64,000 nucleotides of DNA from Isurus oxyrinchus (lineage: Eukaryota), in assembly GCA_026770705.1 (NCBI GenBank), contig JANJGN010000034.1, positions 17,484,001-17,548,000 of the forward strand. Reading direction: 5' to 3'. Positions 48,701 through 61,760 of the stretch are shown piece by piece. Within the stretch, counting starts at the first letter, position 1. Every line of letters starts with the position of its first letter. Below the pieces are notes generated by a model, which saw nothing but the letters and a program-made list of their open reading frames with translations, was not told where the DNA came from and did no database searches. A program made the translations under genes and the position numbers.

Positions 48701-49917
48701 TCCAAGTAGACTACGTCAAATGCATTGCCCTCATCTACACACCTGCTCACCTCTTTGAAAAATTCAAATTGTTCAGATGTGACCTCCCCTTAACAAAACA
48801 ATGCTGACTGTCCTTGATTAATCCCTGCCTCTCCAAGTGTAGACTAATTCTGTTCCTCAGAATTGCTTCCAATAGTTTCCCCACCACTGAGGTTAGACTG
48901 ATTGGCCTTAAGTTCCCTGGTTTATTCCTTCCTCCCTTCTTGAATGATGGTACCACAGTGGCTGCCCTCAGTCCTCTGGCACCTCTCCTGTGGCCAGACA
49001 GGTATGGAAAATTATTGCCAGCACCCCTGCTATCTCCTCCCTTGCGTCACTCAACAGCCTGGGATACATTTCATCCGGGCATGGAGATTTTTCTACTTTT
49101 AAGCCTGCCAGACCACTTAGGACCTCCTCCCTTTCTATGCTAATTTCTGCCCCCCAGCCTACACATTCTATACTCCTCTAGGGCTCCGCATTTTTGAGTC
49201 CTCGGTATCAGCCATAAGCCTCCCTTTTTGTCTTTATCCAATTCTGTTTCTCCCTTGACATCCCGGGTTCCCTGGATTTGTTGGTCCCACCCTTTGTCTT
49301 TACTGGAATTTGTTGGCCCTGTACTTTCCCTATTTCATTCTTGACTGAGTCCCACTGCTCTGATGCAGATTTACTGAAAAGTAGCTGCTCCCAGTCCTCT
49401 GTGGCCAAATCATATATGATGTTATTAAAATCGGCCTTCCCCCAATTTAGAGCTCTGATTTCTGGCCGATCCTTGTCCTTTTCCATAACAGCCTTGAATC
49501 TAACAGAGTTATGCTCCCGCACTGATACCTCTTCCATTTATCCGGCTTCATTCCCTAAAATTAAGTCCAGGACCGCCCCCCTTCTTGTAGGACCTTCTGC
49601 GTACTGGCTTAAAAGCTCTCCTGGACCCATTTTAAGAATTCCGCTCCCTCTAAACCTATCATACTATGACTAGCCCAATTAACGTTGGGGAAGTTGAAAT
49701 CCCCCACGATCACTACCTTATTATTTTTACGCTTCTGAAATTTGCCTATATATTTGCTCTTCTATTTCTCTGACTGTTTGGGGGCCTATATTACAGTCCC
49801 AGCAATGTGATTGCTCCTTTTTTTGTTTTTAAGTTCTACCCATATGGCTTCATTTGAGAAGCCTTCTAAAATGTCATCCCTCTTTACTGTTGTAATTGAT
49901 TCCTAGATCAATATTGC

Positions 49918-50623
49918 AGAACAGCTTTGGTCTGTCTGCAAGCATGACCCAGACCTCCCTGTCACTTGCCATTTCAACACACCACCCTGCTCTCATGCCC
50001 ACATGTTCATCCTTGGCCTGCTGCAATGTTCCATTGAAGCTCAACGCAAACTTGAGGAACAGCACCTCATCTTCCGACTAGGTACTTTACAGTCTTCTGG
50101 ACTTAATATTGAGTTCAACAATTTCAGATCATGAACTCTGTCCTCCATCCCCATCCCCTTTCTGATCCCACTTTATCCAATAATTTATAATTCTCTTTTT
50201 GCAATGACTTTTTTGTCTTCCCTCCTATTTTTAAATTTATTTCAATCTATTGTTTTGTCTCCACCTTTTGGCCCATTTCAATCCCTTCCCCACCCCACCC
50301 CACTAGGGCCATCTGCCACTAGTTTGTCCTGCTTGCTACCCTTAATGTCCCCATTAGCACATCCTTTAGATAATATCACCACCATCAACACCCCTTTGTC
50401 CTTTTGTCTATGACATCTTTGGCAGTCGTTTCTTGGCCTCCATTTAACACTGACCCCCTATCGAGTTCTACCTGTCCCACCCCACTCGACCAGCTTATAT
50501 TTCATCTCATTTCTATATGTCTTAGTTCTGATAAAGGGTCATACGGACTCGAAACGTGAACTGTATCCCTCTCCGCAGAGGCTATCAGACCTGCTGAGCT
50601 TTTCCAGGTATTTTTGTTTTTGT
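49918..50623 (+). mobile_element. Penelope 3' fragment inserted in a CR1 LINE
   Basis: GIY-YIG C-terminus followed by pLTR with a hammerhead-like motif; CR1 sequence resumes on both sides. Confidence 0.8.
50524..50562 (+). ncRNA. Degenerate hammerhead motif of another Penelope subfamily
   Basis: agtt-CTGATAA-AGGGTC-atacg-GACTC-GAAAC-GTG-aact; G8 and the cleavage triplet are mutated. Confidence 0.5.
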
Positions 50624-50809
50624 TGCGATACCCCTTCCTCTTTACCTCCTTCCCTGTCTCGTTTGAAGACCCAATATCCTGGAATATTAAGCTGCCAATC
50701 CTGCCCCTTTCTTAGCCATGTCCTTGTGACAGCAATGACATCATACTTCCATGCGTTAATTTGTGCCCTGAACTCATCAGCCTTATTCACCTCACCATCT
50801 CCCGGATAA

Positions 50810-51358
50810 ACTCCTTTGGCACAGGAATCGGGCTCTGGGTTTATTCTCACTGAACCCCTTTAATACAGGAACCAGACTCTGGGTTTATTCTCACTGAACC
50901 CCTTTAATACAGGAACCAGACTCTGGGATTATCTGACTGAACACCTTTAATACAGGAACCAGACTCTGGGTCTATCTGACTGAACCCCTTTAATAAGGAA
51001 CCCGACTCTGGGTTTATCTGACTGAACCCCTTTAATACAGGAACCAGACACTGGGTTTATCTGACTGAACCCCTTTAATACAGGAACCCGGCTCTGGGTC
51101 GATCTGACTGAACCCCTTTAATACAGGAACATGACTGGGTTTATCTGACTGAAATCCTTTAACACAGGAACCAGACTCTGGGTTTATTTGACTGAACACC
51201 TTTAATACAGGAACCAGACACTGGGGTTATCTGACTGAAACCCTTTAATACAGGAACCAGACATTGGGTTTATCTGACTGAGGCCCTTTAATACAGGAAC
51301 CAGACACTGGGTTTATCTGACTGAGCCCCTTTAATACAGGAAGCAGACTCTAGGTTTA
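50810..51358. repeat. ~43-bp minisatellite (aatacaggaaccagactctgggtttatctgactgaaccccttt), ~12 copies
   Basis: Direct tandem repeat between CR1 and Tx1 relics. Confidence 0.92.
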
Positions 51359-51359
51359 T

Positions 51360-54300
51360 TAGCCGCCCACCAAAGCTGCCCAAAGCATTCTCCGGTCATG
51401 GCCGGAGTGAAGGACCCCCTGGTGACAGAGCCGGCACTGGGACTCTGCGGGAAAGCCACCGCTGTCACAATTGCACCGAGAATCCAAGCTATGTCTTGGC
51501 GCTTGTTGGAAAGTTCTGGCGATGAGGCATGCTGCCAAATGACTTTTGACAGTCTGCTCGGGGAACCTGCCGACAGGATCCACCCTCTCCTTTTCCCGTA
51601 GAGCCTCTAAGATGTTATGTGCCGACCGCTGCCTGATGGACTTGTGGTCAAAGGTGTTTCTCTGCATAAATTTTTCCACGACGGACAGGTGGTACGGCAC
51701 AGTCCAACTACTTGGAGCGTTCCACAGCAGCGTGGCCAGACCCATCCTTCGCAACACCGGGACAAGTAGAACCTCAGCATGTAGTGACACTTGGTGTTTG
51801 CATACCGAGGGTCTACGCACAGCTTGATGCAGCTGCACACAAAAGTGGCCATCAGTATGAGGGCGATGTTGGGCACGTTTTTTCCCCACCTTATCTAGAG
51901 ATTTGTACATCGCATCCCTGCGGACACGATCCATTTTTGACCTCCAGATAAAGCAAAAGATGGGTCGGGTGATCACCAGCGTGCAGGAGACTGGAATGGG
52001 CCGGACCTGCGCCACATACAGCAACAGTGAAAGTGCCTCACACCTGATGACCAGGTTCTTACCCACAATGGAGAGGGAGCGTTGGTCCCACATGCCCAGT
52101 TTTCTTTGCACAATAGACACTCACTCCTTCCAGTTTCTAAGGCATGGCCTGGTCCCTCCGAACCATATCTCCAGCACATTCAGGCCGTTAGCCCTGACGG
52201 TGAAGGGGACAAAGGATCGGTCAGCCCAGTTCCCAAAGATCATCGCCTCAATCTTGCCATGATTTACCTTGGCTCCCGAGGCCTGTTCGAACTGGTCGCA
52301 GATGTTGATCAGTCTGCACACCGACAGCTGATTTGAGCAGAAGATGGCGAGATCGTCCATGTACAGCAAGGCTTTGACCTGAGTGCCTCCATTGCCTGGG
52401 ATCGTCATTCCTCTTATGCCTTGATCCTTCCTGATGGACTCAGCAAAGGATTCTATGCAACACACAAACAGGACAGGGGAGAGAGGGCAGCCCTGCCTGA
52501 CTTCAGATTTATTAGGAAAGCTATCTGATTCCCACCCATTGATTAAGATTGCGCTACTGATGTTAGTGAAGAGCATTTGGATCCAGTGGCAAATTCCCTC
52601 CTCAAACCCCATTTTGGAGACCACATCCACCATGTAGGTGTGCGATATTTTGTCAATGGTCTTCTCCTGGTCCAGGCTGATGAGGCAGGTGTCCACACCC
52701 CTGTCCTGCACATGGGCAATCGTATCCCTGAGTAGCTAGCGCAAGGCTGTCAGAGATGTTCCTGCCCGGCACATTGCAGGTCTGGTCAGGGTGGATCACC
52801 AATTCCAGAGTGGACTTGACCCGATTGGCGATGAGCTCAGACTGAATCATATAGCCCATGTTCAACAGTGAGATCCATCGCCAATTTTTACTTTCCTCCC
52901 TTTCCCACTTCTGCTTGTAGATGATGGTGATGGTGCCTTTCCTCATGGATTCTGACATGCTGCCAGACAGAAGCATACTCTCGTACACTTCTAGCAGGTC
53001 TGGGCTGATGCAGTCCTACAGAGCCAAATACAACTCAGCCGGCAAGCCGTCGCTTCCGGGAGTTTTAATCTTCTTGAAGGACTCAAAGGCCTTAGTCAGT
53101 TTGTCAGGAGTTAGCGGTTTGTGCAGCCTCTCCCGTGTACTGTTGCCTAAGATCTCCGTGATAGAGTTAGGTAGAACTGGGAGGCCATGCTGTCTGTAGG
53201 CTTCATGTCATACAATCTGGCATAAAAGGATTTGCTGATCCTCAAAATGTCGGACTGCGATGACTTTCCTGAGCTGTCTTCTTCCTTCAAGCTGCTGATC
53301 AGAGCTCTCTGTCTCTCCACCTTTTGAAAGAAGAAACATGACTACATCTCATCCTGCTCCACGGAGCAGACTCTGGATCGGAAGATGATCTTGGAGGCCT
53401 CCGAGGCAGAGAGTGAGGCTTGCTGGCTCTTCACCTCTTGGAATTCCTCCTTGACATTGACAACCATCGACTGCAGCCGGAGCAGGTTCTGCATGTTTTT
53501 CTGAAGTTGGGTCAATTCCTTCTGTTGCTTTCTAGCTTTCTGGATGCCTTTGAAGGTGAAAAACCTCTTGATGTTTTTCTTGATCGCTTCCCACCAGTGT
53601 GTCAGGAACTCAAAGAGGGGTTTCACAGTTCTCCAACCTTTGTAATCCCTCTGGAGCTCCTCAATGTTCTCTGGGGTCAGCAGTTGCACGTTCAGCTTCC
53701 ATGTCCCCCTGCCAGCCCTGTGGTCTTCCTCTAAGTGACAGTCAGCCAGTAGGAGGCAGTGGTCAGAGAAGAACTCCGGCTTGACATCGGTGGATCTGAC
53801 TTTGCACGCACGGGACACAGCAGGAACGGATAGACCTGTCTGGCTGTAACCAGGTGCATCTACACTGCGCTCCGTCTGCAGGGTTGCTGAAGACATGCAG
53901 CTTGGCATCCTTTGCTGTTTCCATCCGGGATCTAGACATAGCGTCTGATCTGCTGCTGGCCCTGCCGGATCGTCCAGCAGCATCAGTGATGCAATTGAAG
54001 TCACCGCCCAGAATGACCGGCCTGGAGGTCACCAGTAGCAGCGGGAGCTGCTGAATGATCGCCAGCTGCTCGGCCTTTTGTGCCGGGGCGTATACGTTAA
54101 TTAACCGGAGTGGAGCATTCTTGTACATTACGTCTGCTATGAGGAGGCACCCGCCCACCACCTCCTTAACCTCAGAGACAGTGAAGTTACCTCCCCGCAG
54201 CAGAATACCCAGGCAGGAGGAACAAGAGTCGTTTCCTCTCGACCACATCGATGGCCCATGGGGCCATCATGGTGAGCATTGCCTGCAGGAGCTGAGGTGC

Positions 54301-54420
54301 GGTATCGCACATTCTTGCAGACACAAGGGGTTAGCTTTGACCTTGGCAAAGTAATCCAAGGTCGCAACACTTTGCATAGTAAATTTAATGCTACGCACGT
54401 TTATGGATACAATCTTTACA
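51360..54420 (-). mobile_element. Degenerate Tx1-clade (L1 group) LINE ORF2
   Basis: RLINVYAP...GGDFNC endonuclease; FSDHC; ISLLN; LDQEK; VRQGCPLSP.LF; YMDD; IWFG. Many frameshifts. Confidence 0.85.
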
Positions 54421-54544
54421 CCGGTTTTAAAGCATTTAGTCCCTTACCAAACCTGTTGTCTTTGAGAGTTCCAGACCTTTGGTCTGCTCCTGCACACCCA
54501 TAGTGTTCACAAATTGCCTCACTTTGGATGGGCCGAGGAATTCT

Positions 54545-55779
54545 TTGAGGTGTGTAGATGAGGATAGTGCAGTTGATGTAGTTCATACGGATTTCAGCAA
54601 AGCCTTTGACAAGGTCCCACGAGAGACTTATGAAGAAGGCAAATGCACATGGGATACAGGGTAATTTGATAAGGTGGATTCAAAATTAGCTTAGTTGTAG
54701 AGGCAGAGGGTGATGACAGAAGGATGCTTTAGTGACTGGAAGCAAGTGTCCAGTGGCGTAGCACAGGGATCTGTGCTCAGTCCCCTATTATTTGTCATTT
54801 ATATAAACGACATAGATGACTATGTGGGGGGTAGGATTAGTAAGTTTGTGGATGACACAAAGATTGGCCGGGTAGTTAACAGTGTGGTTGAGTGTCTTGG
54901 GTACAGGAAGATATACATGGGATGGTCAAATGGGCCGATACGTGGCAGATGGAATTTAACCCTGGAAAGTGTAAGGTGATACGCTCTGGAAGGAGTAATT
55001 TGACAAGGAAGTATTCACTGAACGAATGCATGGCACTAGGAAGTTCTGAGGAACAAAGGGACCTTGACGTGTGTGTCCATAGATCTCTGAAGGCAGAGGG
55101 GCAGGTTAGTGAGGTGGTGAAAAAGGCATATGGGACACTTGCCTTTATCAAATGAGGCATAGATGACAGAAGTAGGGAGATCATGTTGGAGTTGTATAGA
55201 ACCTTGGTGAGGCCACAGCTGGAGTACTGTGTGCAGTTCTGGTTGCCACATTATAGGAAGGATGTGATTGCACTGGAGGGGATGCAGAGGAGATTGACCA
55301 GGATGTTGCCTGGGATGAAACATTTTAAGTTATGAAGAGAGATTGGATAGGCTTGGGTTGTTTTCGTTGGAGCAGAGAAGGCTGAGGGGGGGGGGGGGGG
55401 CGACCTGATCGAGGTGTACAAGATTTTGAGGGGCATGGACAGGGTGGATAGGGAGCAGCTGTTCCCCTTAGTTGAAGGGTCAGTCACAAGGGGGCATAAG
55501 TTCAAGGTGAGGAGCAGGAGGTTTAGGGGGGATGTGAGGAAAAACATTTTTTACCCAGACATTGGTGACGGTCTGGAATGCACTGCCTGGGAGGGTGGTG
55601 GAGGCAGGTTTCCTCACATCCTTTAAAAAGTACCTGGATGAGCACTTGGCACGTCATAACATTCAAGGCTATGGGCTAAGTGCTGGTAAATGGGATTAGT
55701 TAGGTAGGTCTGGTGTTTCTCACATGTTGGTGCAGATTCGACGGGCCGAAGGGCCTGTTCTGCACTGTGATTCTGTGAA
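54545..55779 (+). mobile_element. 5'-truncated CR1 LINE (RT to 3' tail)
   Basis: DFSKAFDKVP, GVAQGSVLSPLLF.IYIND, SKFVDDTKIG, YRTLVRPQLEYCVQFW. Confidence 0.9.
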
Positions 55780-56015
55780 ACTGTCCTGAAGCACCCCATT
55801 GGAGATGTTCTGCTCAGGTGGCATCTGGGGGTTCGTGCAAGGAACGAGATTTGAATTATTCTCTCCGATCCTCTCCCCCTCTGGGGCATTTCTGACCTTT
55901 CCCCATTGCGCCTTGGCGGTGGCTGCCCCAACCTTTAACACGTCCCTCAGCACGTATCCTGGACCGTGGATTGTGCCAGTCTGCAACACTCGGTCGTTGA
56001 CAACTCTTTGCACCG
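55780..56015 (-). mobile_element. Tx1-type LINE 3' ORF-end fragment
   Basis: CKELSTTECCRLA and YVLRDVLKVGAATAKAQWGK. Confidence 0.6.
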
Positions 56016-56017
56016 TC

Positions 56018-56700
56018 TCAGTGTCGACCCTCCGACAACGCGGTGCCCCCTCAGTACTGACCATCCAACTGTATGGCGCCCCCTCAGTACTGACTGTCCG
56101 ACAGCGCGGCGCCCCCTCAGTACTGACCGTCCGACAGCGCGGCGCCCCCTCAGTACTGACCCTCTGACAGCGCGGCGCCCCCTCAGTACTGACCCTCCGA
56201 CAGCGCGGCGCCCCCTCAGTACTGACCCTCCGACAGCGCGGCGCCCCCTCAGTACTGACCCTCCGACAGCGTGGCGCCCCCTCAGTACTGACCCTCCGAC
56301 AGCGCGGCGCCCCCTCAGTACTGACCCTCCGACAGCGCGGCGCCCCCTCAGTACTGACCCTCCGACAGCGCGGCGCCCCCTCAGTACTGACCCTCTGACA
56401 GCGCGGCGCCCCCTCAGTACTGACCCTCCGACAACGCGGCGCCCCCTCAGTACTGACCGCCCGACTGTGCGGCGCCCCCTCAGTACTGACCATCCGACAG
56501 CGCGGAGCCCCCTCAGTGTCGACCCTCCGACAGCGCGGAGGCCCCTCAGTGTCGACCCTCCGACAGCGCGGCGCCCCCTCAGTACTGACCCTCTGACAGT
56601 GCGGCGCCCTCTCAGTACTGACCCTCCGACTGTGCGACGCCCTCTCAGTACTGACCCTCCGACAGCGCCGCACCCTCTCAGTACTGACCCTCTGTCAGCA
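56018..56700. repeat. 33-bp minisatellite, ~20 copies
   Basis: Direct tandem repeat. Confidence 0.95.
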
Positions 56701-57119
56701 GTATGAGTTAATAGCAGAACGAGGGTCCGCACTCGGTGAAAGAACAACATGGAAGAAGTGACAGATGGTCCTTTGCGGTAGGGAGAGGGGACATTGGAAG
56801 TGAAACGGATATCAAGTGGTATTAAAAAGGGGATAAATCAATGAATGCATGAATGAAAATAAGTAGGTAAAACAATAAAAACATTTTTCAAATGGGATTA
56901 AAGAAGTGGGAGAGGATAGAGGAGAAATTTCATGATCTGAAGTTGAACTTCATGTTAAGTCTGCAAGGCTGTAAAGTTTGAGTTAACGTCCACCCTGGAC
57001 ATGGCAGCTGGAAAGTGGGTCCTTGATCAGAACTGAAGGGAAGAAAGAAAAGTAACTGCGGTCATATTCTGCACAGGGAGGTTGGGGGGTATGAGTTTTG
57101 TTTCTGGGCCGACCTGAGA

Positions 57120-57257
57120 CCAATGGAGATGGAGAACCCGCCTGGCGCTGCAACTCTGTCCAATGAGAGGATGTGGGAGGCGGGAGGTCCCTGCTCTGTG
57201 TCCAATGAGGATGACGAGGGCGGGTCCTGCTCTGTTATTCTCTGTCTGGCGGGTCCA
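57120..57257 (+). promoter_or_regulatory. Paralogous CCAAT/GC promoter upstream of copy C, cut off before exon 1 by Penelope sequence
   Basis: Three CCAAT boxes. Homology to the other promoters ends at tctggcgggtcc, where Penelope sequence begins. Confidence 0.55.
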
Positions 57258-57865
57258 TTGAAATGGCAGGCGACGGGGAGGTTTGGGTCATTCTTGCGGA
57301 CAGAACACAGATGTTCTGCAAAGTGGTCGCCCAGTTTACGTTTGGTCTCTCCAATGTAGAGGAGACGGCATTGGGAGCAACGAATGCAGCCATTTCAACA
57401 CTTCGCCGTGCTCTCTTGCCCACATGTCTGTCCTTGGCTTGCTGCATTGTTCCAGTAAAGCCCAACGCAAGTTGGAGGAACAGCACCTCATCTTCCGACT
57501 AGGCACTTTACAGTCTTCCGGACTGCATATTGAATTCAACAACTTTAGGTCTTGACCTCCCTCCTCCATCCCCACCCCCTTTCTGTTTCTTCCCCTTTCC
57601 TTTTGTTTTTTTCCAATAAATTATATAGATTTTTCTTTTTCCCACCTATTTCCATTATTTTTAAATATTTTTAAATCTTTTATGCTCTCCCCGCCCCCAC
57701 TAGAGCTATACCTTGAGTGCCCTACCATCCATTCTTAATTGGCACATTCGCTTAGATAATATCACCAACTTCAACACCTCTGTGTTCTGTTGTCTGTGAC
57801 ATCTTTTGATGATCTGCTTCTATCACTGCTTGTTTGTCCCTACAACCACACCACCCCCCTCCACT

Positions 57866-57897
<32 letters not shown>

Positions 57898-58092
57898 CCC
57901 CCCACCCAACACCTTAAACCAGCTTATATTTCACCCCTTCTTGGATTCACCTAGTTCTGTCGAAGGGTCACGAGGACTCGAAACGTCAACTCTTTTCTTC
58001 TCCGCCGATGCTGCCAGACCTGCTGAGTTTTTCCAGGTAATTCTGTTTTTGTTTTGGATTTCCAGCATCCGTGGTATTTTGTTTTTATCTCT
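57258..58092 (+). mobile_element. Penelope 3' fragment with short 5' inversion
   Basis: About 57258-57388 is reverse-oriented GIY-YIG, then forward HFNT...LIFRLGTLQ and pLTR. Confidence 0.85.
57953..57991 (+). ncRNA. Minimal hammerhead motif in a separate Penelope fragment
   Basis: agtt-CTGTCGA-AGGGTC-acgag-GACTC-GAAAC-GTC-aact. Confidence 0.65.
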
Positions 58093-58639
58093 GTTGTAAA
58101 CTGTGGTTTCTAGTTGCAGGGACACAACTTACGGAAACTACTCCTGTTGCTGCTGCTGTTCAATGTTGTTGTTGCTGCTTTAGGTACGTTCTGTGCCTGC
58201 TGGAACATTTCAGTAATGATGAAAGGGAGGGAGGGAGTTCAGGAATTCATCTTGTTGCTGCTATTTTATATAAATGCTGTGACTGCTAATTGTTCCATTT
58301 CTTTCAGTGCCTATTGAAGGAGCAGCAAATATAACTATGAATAGACGTGTGACCGATGATCAGAGGCCTGTGCTGAAAAGTGGATTGAAAGATATTTGCC
58401 AAGGGTCAAATTGCACTGGGAATTACAGGGCAGGTTTTGATAAGTCCAGCTGCTACTACATGTGCATCCAAGATATTTCACATCCAACCGATGCATCCAA
58501 AGAAAATCTTCATCTCTTGTTTGGGAAGGCTGAGTTCACCGAGTTGATAGCTGTTACATTCGGTTCTGATGATGGTGAGTTTAAACCTGCATGCGATCCT
58601 GCTTTACACTAAATGCATGTTTTCTATTTAACTTCTCAT

Positions 58640-60820
58640 TTTAGGGTAATAAAAGTTCCCGGAGAGGGTTTAACAGACTAATACCTGGAATGTATTGGTT
58701 GACTTATGAGGAAAAGCTAGACATGTTAGGCATGTATCTGCTGGATATTAGAGTAAGAGATGACTTGATTGAAACATGTATGATCCTGAGGGGTCTTGCC
58801 AGGGTCTGGTAAACCTCTAAATTGGTTCTAACACATTTACATCCTTCCTGAAACTGGAGCATAACCTCCCTACTTTTATATTCAACTCACCTCACAGTGA
58901 TCAATAACATTCTATTCGCTTTCCTAATTACTTGCTGTACCTGCATACTAGCCTTTTGTGATTCATGCACTAGGACACCCAGATCCCTCGATCTCTGAGC
59001 TCTGCAATCTCTCACCATTTAGATAATATGCTTTTTCATTTTTCCTGCCAAAATGGACAATTTCACATTTGGCCACATTATACTCCATTTGCCAGATCTT
59101 TGCTCAATCATTTAACCTATCTATGTCCCCTTGTGGCCTCTTTATGTCCTCTTCACAACTTACTTCATCAGCAAATTTAGCAACCATACCTTCTGTCTCT
59201 TCATCCAAGTCATTTACATAAATTGCGAAAAGTTGAGGTCTCAGCACTAATCCCTGTGGCACACCACTCGTTTCATCCCACCCATTTATTAATATGGCAA
59301 TCACCTTGTTAAAATTAATTGCTGGTTAAACAGGTGATGGCCACAGAACAACATTGACTCTGCCTGATTGCCTTGAATTTTTCTGAGTACTCCGCCATAA
59401 TATCTTTAATAACTTCCACCATTTCCCCTATGACAGATGTGAAGCTAAATGGTTTGTAATTTCCTGCTGTTTCCCTTTTTGAATAAAGGAATTCCATTTT
59501 GCTATTTTCCAATCTAATGGAATCCTTCTCTGAACGTAGGGAATTTTGGAAGACTAAAGCCAATGCACAAACTATCTCGCTAGCCACTTCTTTTAAGACC
59601 TTAGAATGAAGTCCATCAGGACCCAGCGATTTGTCAGCCCACAACTCTAACAATTTTTTCACTACCGTTTCATTGGTGATTGTAATTTTCCTGAGTTCCC
59701 CTTTCCCTTTTTCTGATTTACAGCTGCTTGTATCCCCCGTAGCGAAGATTGCTACAAAATCTGTTCAATTCATCTGCCACCTCCCTACTTCCCATTATTA
59801 ATTCCCCAGACTCGTTTTCTATAGGACCAATGCTCACTCTGTTAACTCTTTTCTTATTTAGGTATCTATAGGAACACTAGCTATCTGTATTTATATTTCT
59901 AACTAGCTTTCTCTTGGACTCTAATTTTTCCTTCCTTATTAATCTTTTTGTCATTCTTTGTTCTCTATATTCTGCCCAATCTTCTGACCTGCCACCCATC
60001 TTTGCGCAATAATGATTTTCCTTGAGGTTTGATACTGTCTTTAACGCTTTTAGTTAACCATGGATGGTGTGTCCTCCCCTTGGAATTTTTCTTTCTCATT
60101 GGAATGTGTTTATTTTGTGTGTTCTGAAATATCCCTTCAAATATCTGCCGTTGCATCTCCAATGACCTATCCCTTAGCCTTATTTTCCAATTCACTTTAA
60201 CTAGCTCTGCTTTCATTCCCACGTAATTGCCTGTATTTAAGTTCAAAATAATAGCCTTTGACCCACTCTTCTCTCCCTCAAACTGAATGTAAAATTCAAT
60301 CATATTATGATCACTGCTACTTAAGGGTGTCTTCACTGAGGATCTCAATTTATCCTATCTTGTTGCACAATACCAGGTCTAGTGTAGCCTACTCTGTGGT
60401 TGGCTCCGGAACATGCTATTCTCAGAAACTATCCCAAGAACTTTCTATGAACACATCTAGGCTACCTTTGCCCATCTGATTTTTTTTTCCAGTCTATATG
60501 TGGATTAAAATGTTCTTGTGCCTTTCTGACAAGCTCCCATTATTTCCTCCTTTAAATTCCATCCTACTGTGTGGTCACTTTTAGGGAGCCTGTACACCAC
60601 TCCCACAAATGACTTCTTGCCTTTATCATTTCTAATTTCGACCCACACCGTTTCTGCATCCTGGTTTCGTGAATTTAGCACAATAGTGAGGGATGACCTA
60701 TTACTGCAATTAATTAACAGAGCCAGCGCTCCACTTTTTCCTAGCTTCCTGTCCATCTTAAATTTCATGAGCCCTTTAATATTCAGGTCTCAATCTGTCA
60801 TGCTGCAGCTATGTCTCTAA
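58640..60820 (-). mobile_element. Old CR1 LINE remnants in intron 2 of copy C (mostly minus strand; short plus-strand piece at about 58640-58805)
   Basis: SGVPQG.VL.PQLF.IYVNDLD, KFAD, GPDGLH..VLKE, SDHNMIEF, VGVVYR.P. Confidence 0.8.
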
Positions 60821-61139
60821 TGTGGTCATGTGATCAGACCTGGAGGAGTACATCCAACCAGAGCTGGCATTCCAGGTCAGCTGCCCTCTAGTTACCCACA
60901 CTCACTATTTGAGTAAATAAATGGACAACTGCCGTTAGATCTACAGTGTGAGTGGTGACTGAAAATTGTGCAACTTAGAAATTCATTCAGCCCAATGTGC
61001 TGCCTCTGAGGAAGGGCTACTCAATTAATCCCAGTCCCCTTCTCTTTTCCCATAGTTTAGCAGATTTGTTTACCCATTCAGGTGTTTATCCAACTGTCGC
61101 AAACTTTAATTTAAAGAGCATTTTTAGCGTTGTTAAATC

Positions 61140-61760
61140 TCAACTTTGGATCTTCATAAAAGCAGATTTGACCCTGAGCCACATTAGGAACAGGTGACTA
61201 AATGCTCAGTCAGAGGTCGGTTTTAAGGCTCATCTTCAACGAGGAAGGACAGCGGCGAAGAGATTTAGAGAGGGAGTTCCAGAGCTTAGCGCCCAGGCAG
61301 CTGAAGGCATGGCCACCACTAGTGGAGCGATGGAAAATGGGGGATGCTCAAGTGGCTTGAATTGGAGGAGTGCAGAGATCTCAGAGGGTTGTAGTGAAGG
61401 TTGCAGGTTACAATGACAGGGAGGGGCTGGAAGACAGTGGAGAGATGGGGAGGATTTGAGGGGTTGGAGAAAGTTAGAGATAAGGATGGTTGGAGGGACA
61501 AGAGGTTACAGAGATAGGGAGGCAATGAAAGGATTAGTAAGCAAGGATGGGAATATTAAAATTGAGGCATTACTGGACCGGAGGCTAATGTATGTTAGTA
61601 TGCAACATGGGGGTGATGTGTGAAAGGGACTTGGTGTGGGTGTTAGGACATGAGGGCAGCAGAGTTTTGGATGGGCTGGAGATTAGAGGGTGGAATGTGG
61701 GACACTGCCTAGGAGAACATTGGAATAGTTGAGTCTGGAAGTAATAAATGCAGACATGAG
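61140..61760 (-). mobile_element. L2-type LINE 3' remnants
   Basis: Minus strand has YLCNLL, RSLHSSNS and ccttcagctgcctgggcgctaagctctggaactccctc, the same element that seeds the 37-bp repeat. Confidence 0.6.

Larger units (their letters stand above)
47570..50790 (-). mobile_element. Degenerate near-complete CR1 LINE ORF2 (APE endonuclease + RT + 3' UTR), interrupted by Penelope
   Basis: YDVIAVT.TWL...QDWQLNIPGY; N.RPISLTSVVGKLLE; SKF.DD.KIGG; YKTLVRPQIEYCVQ.W; FFTQR.V..WNSLP. Confidence 0.9.

Noticed and set aside
55720-56750. Long ORFs (317, 267, 246 aa; similar ones at 1410-2180 and 20915-21769)
   Set aside because: Read-through of a 33-bp (11-codon) repeat, open in several frames and on both strands.
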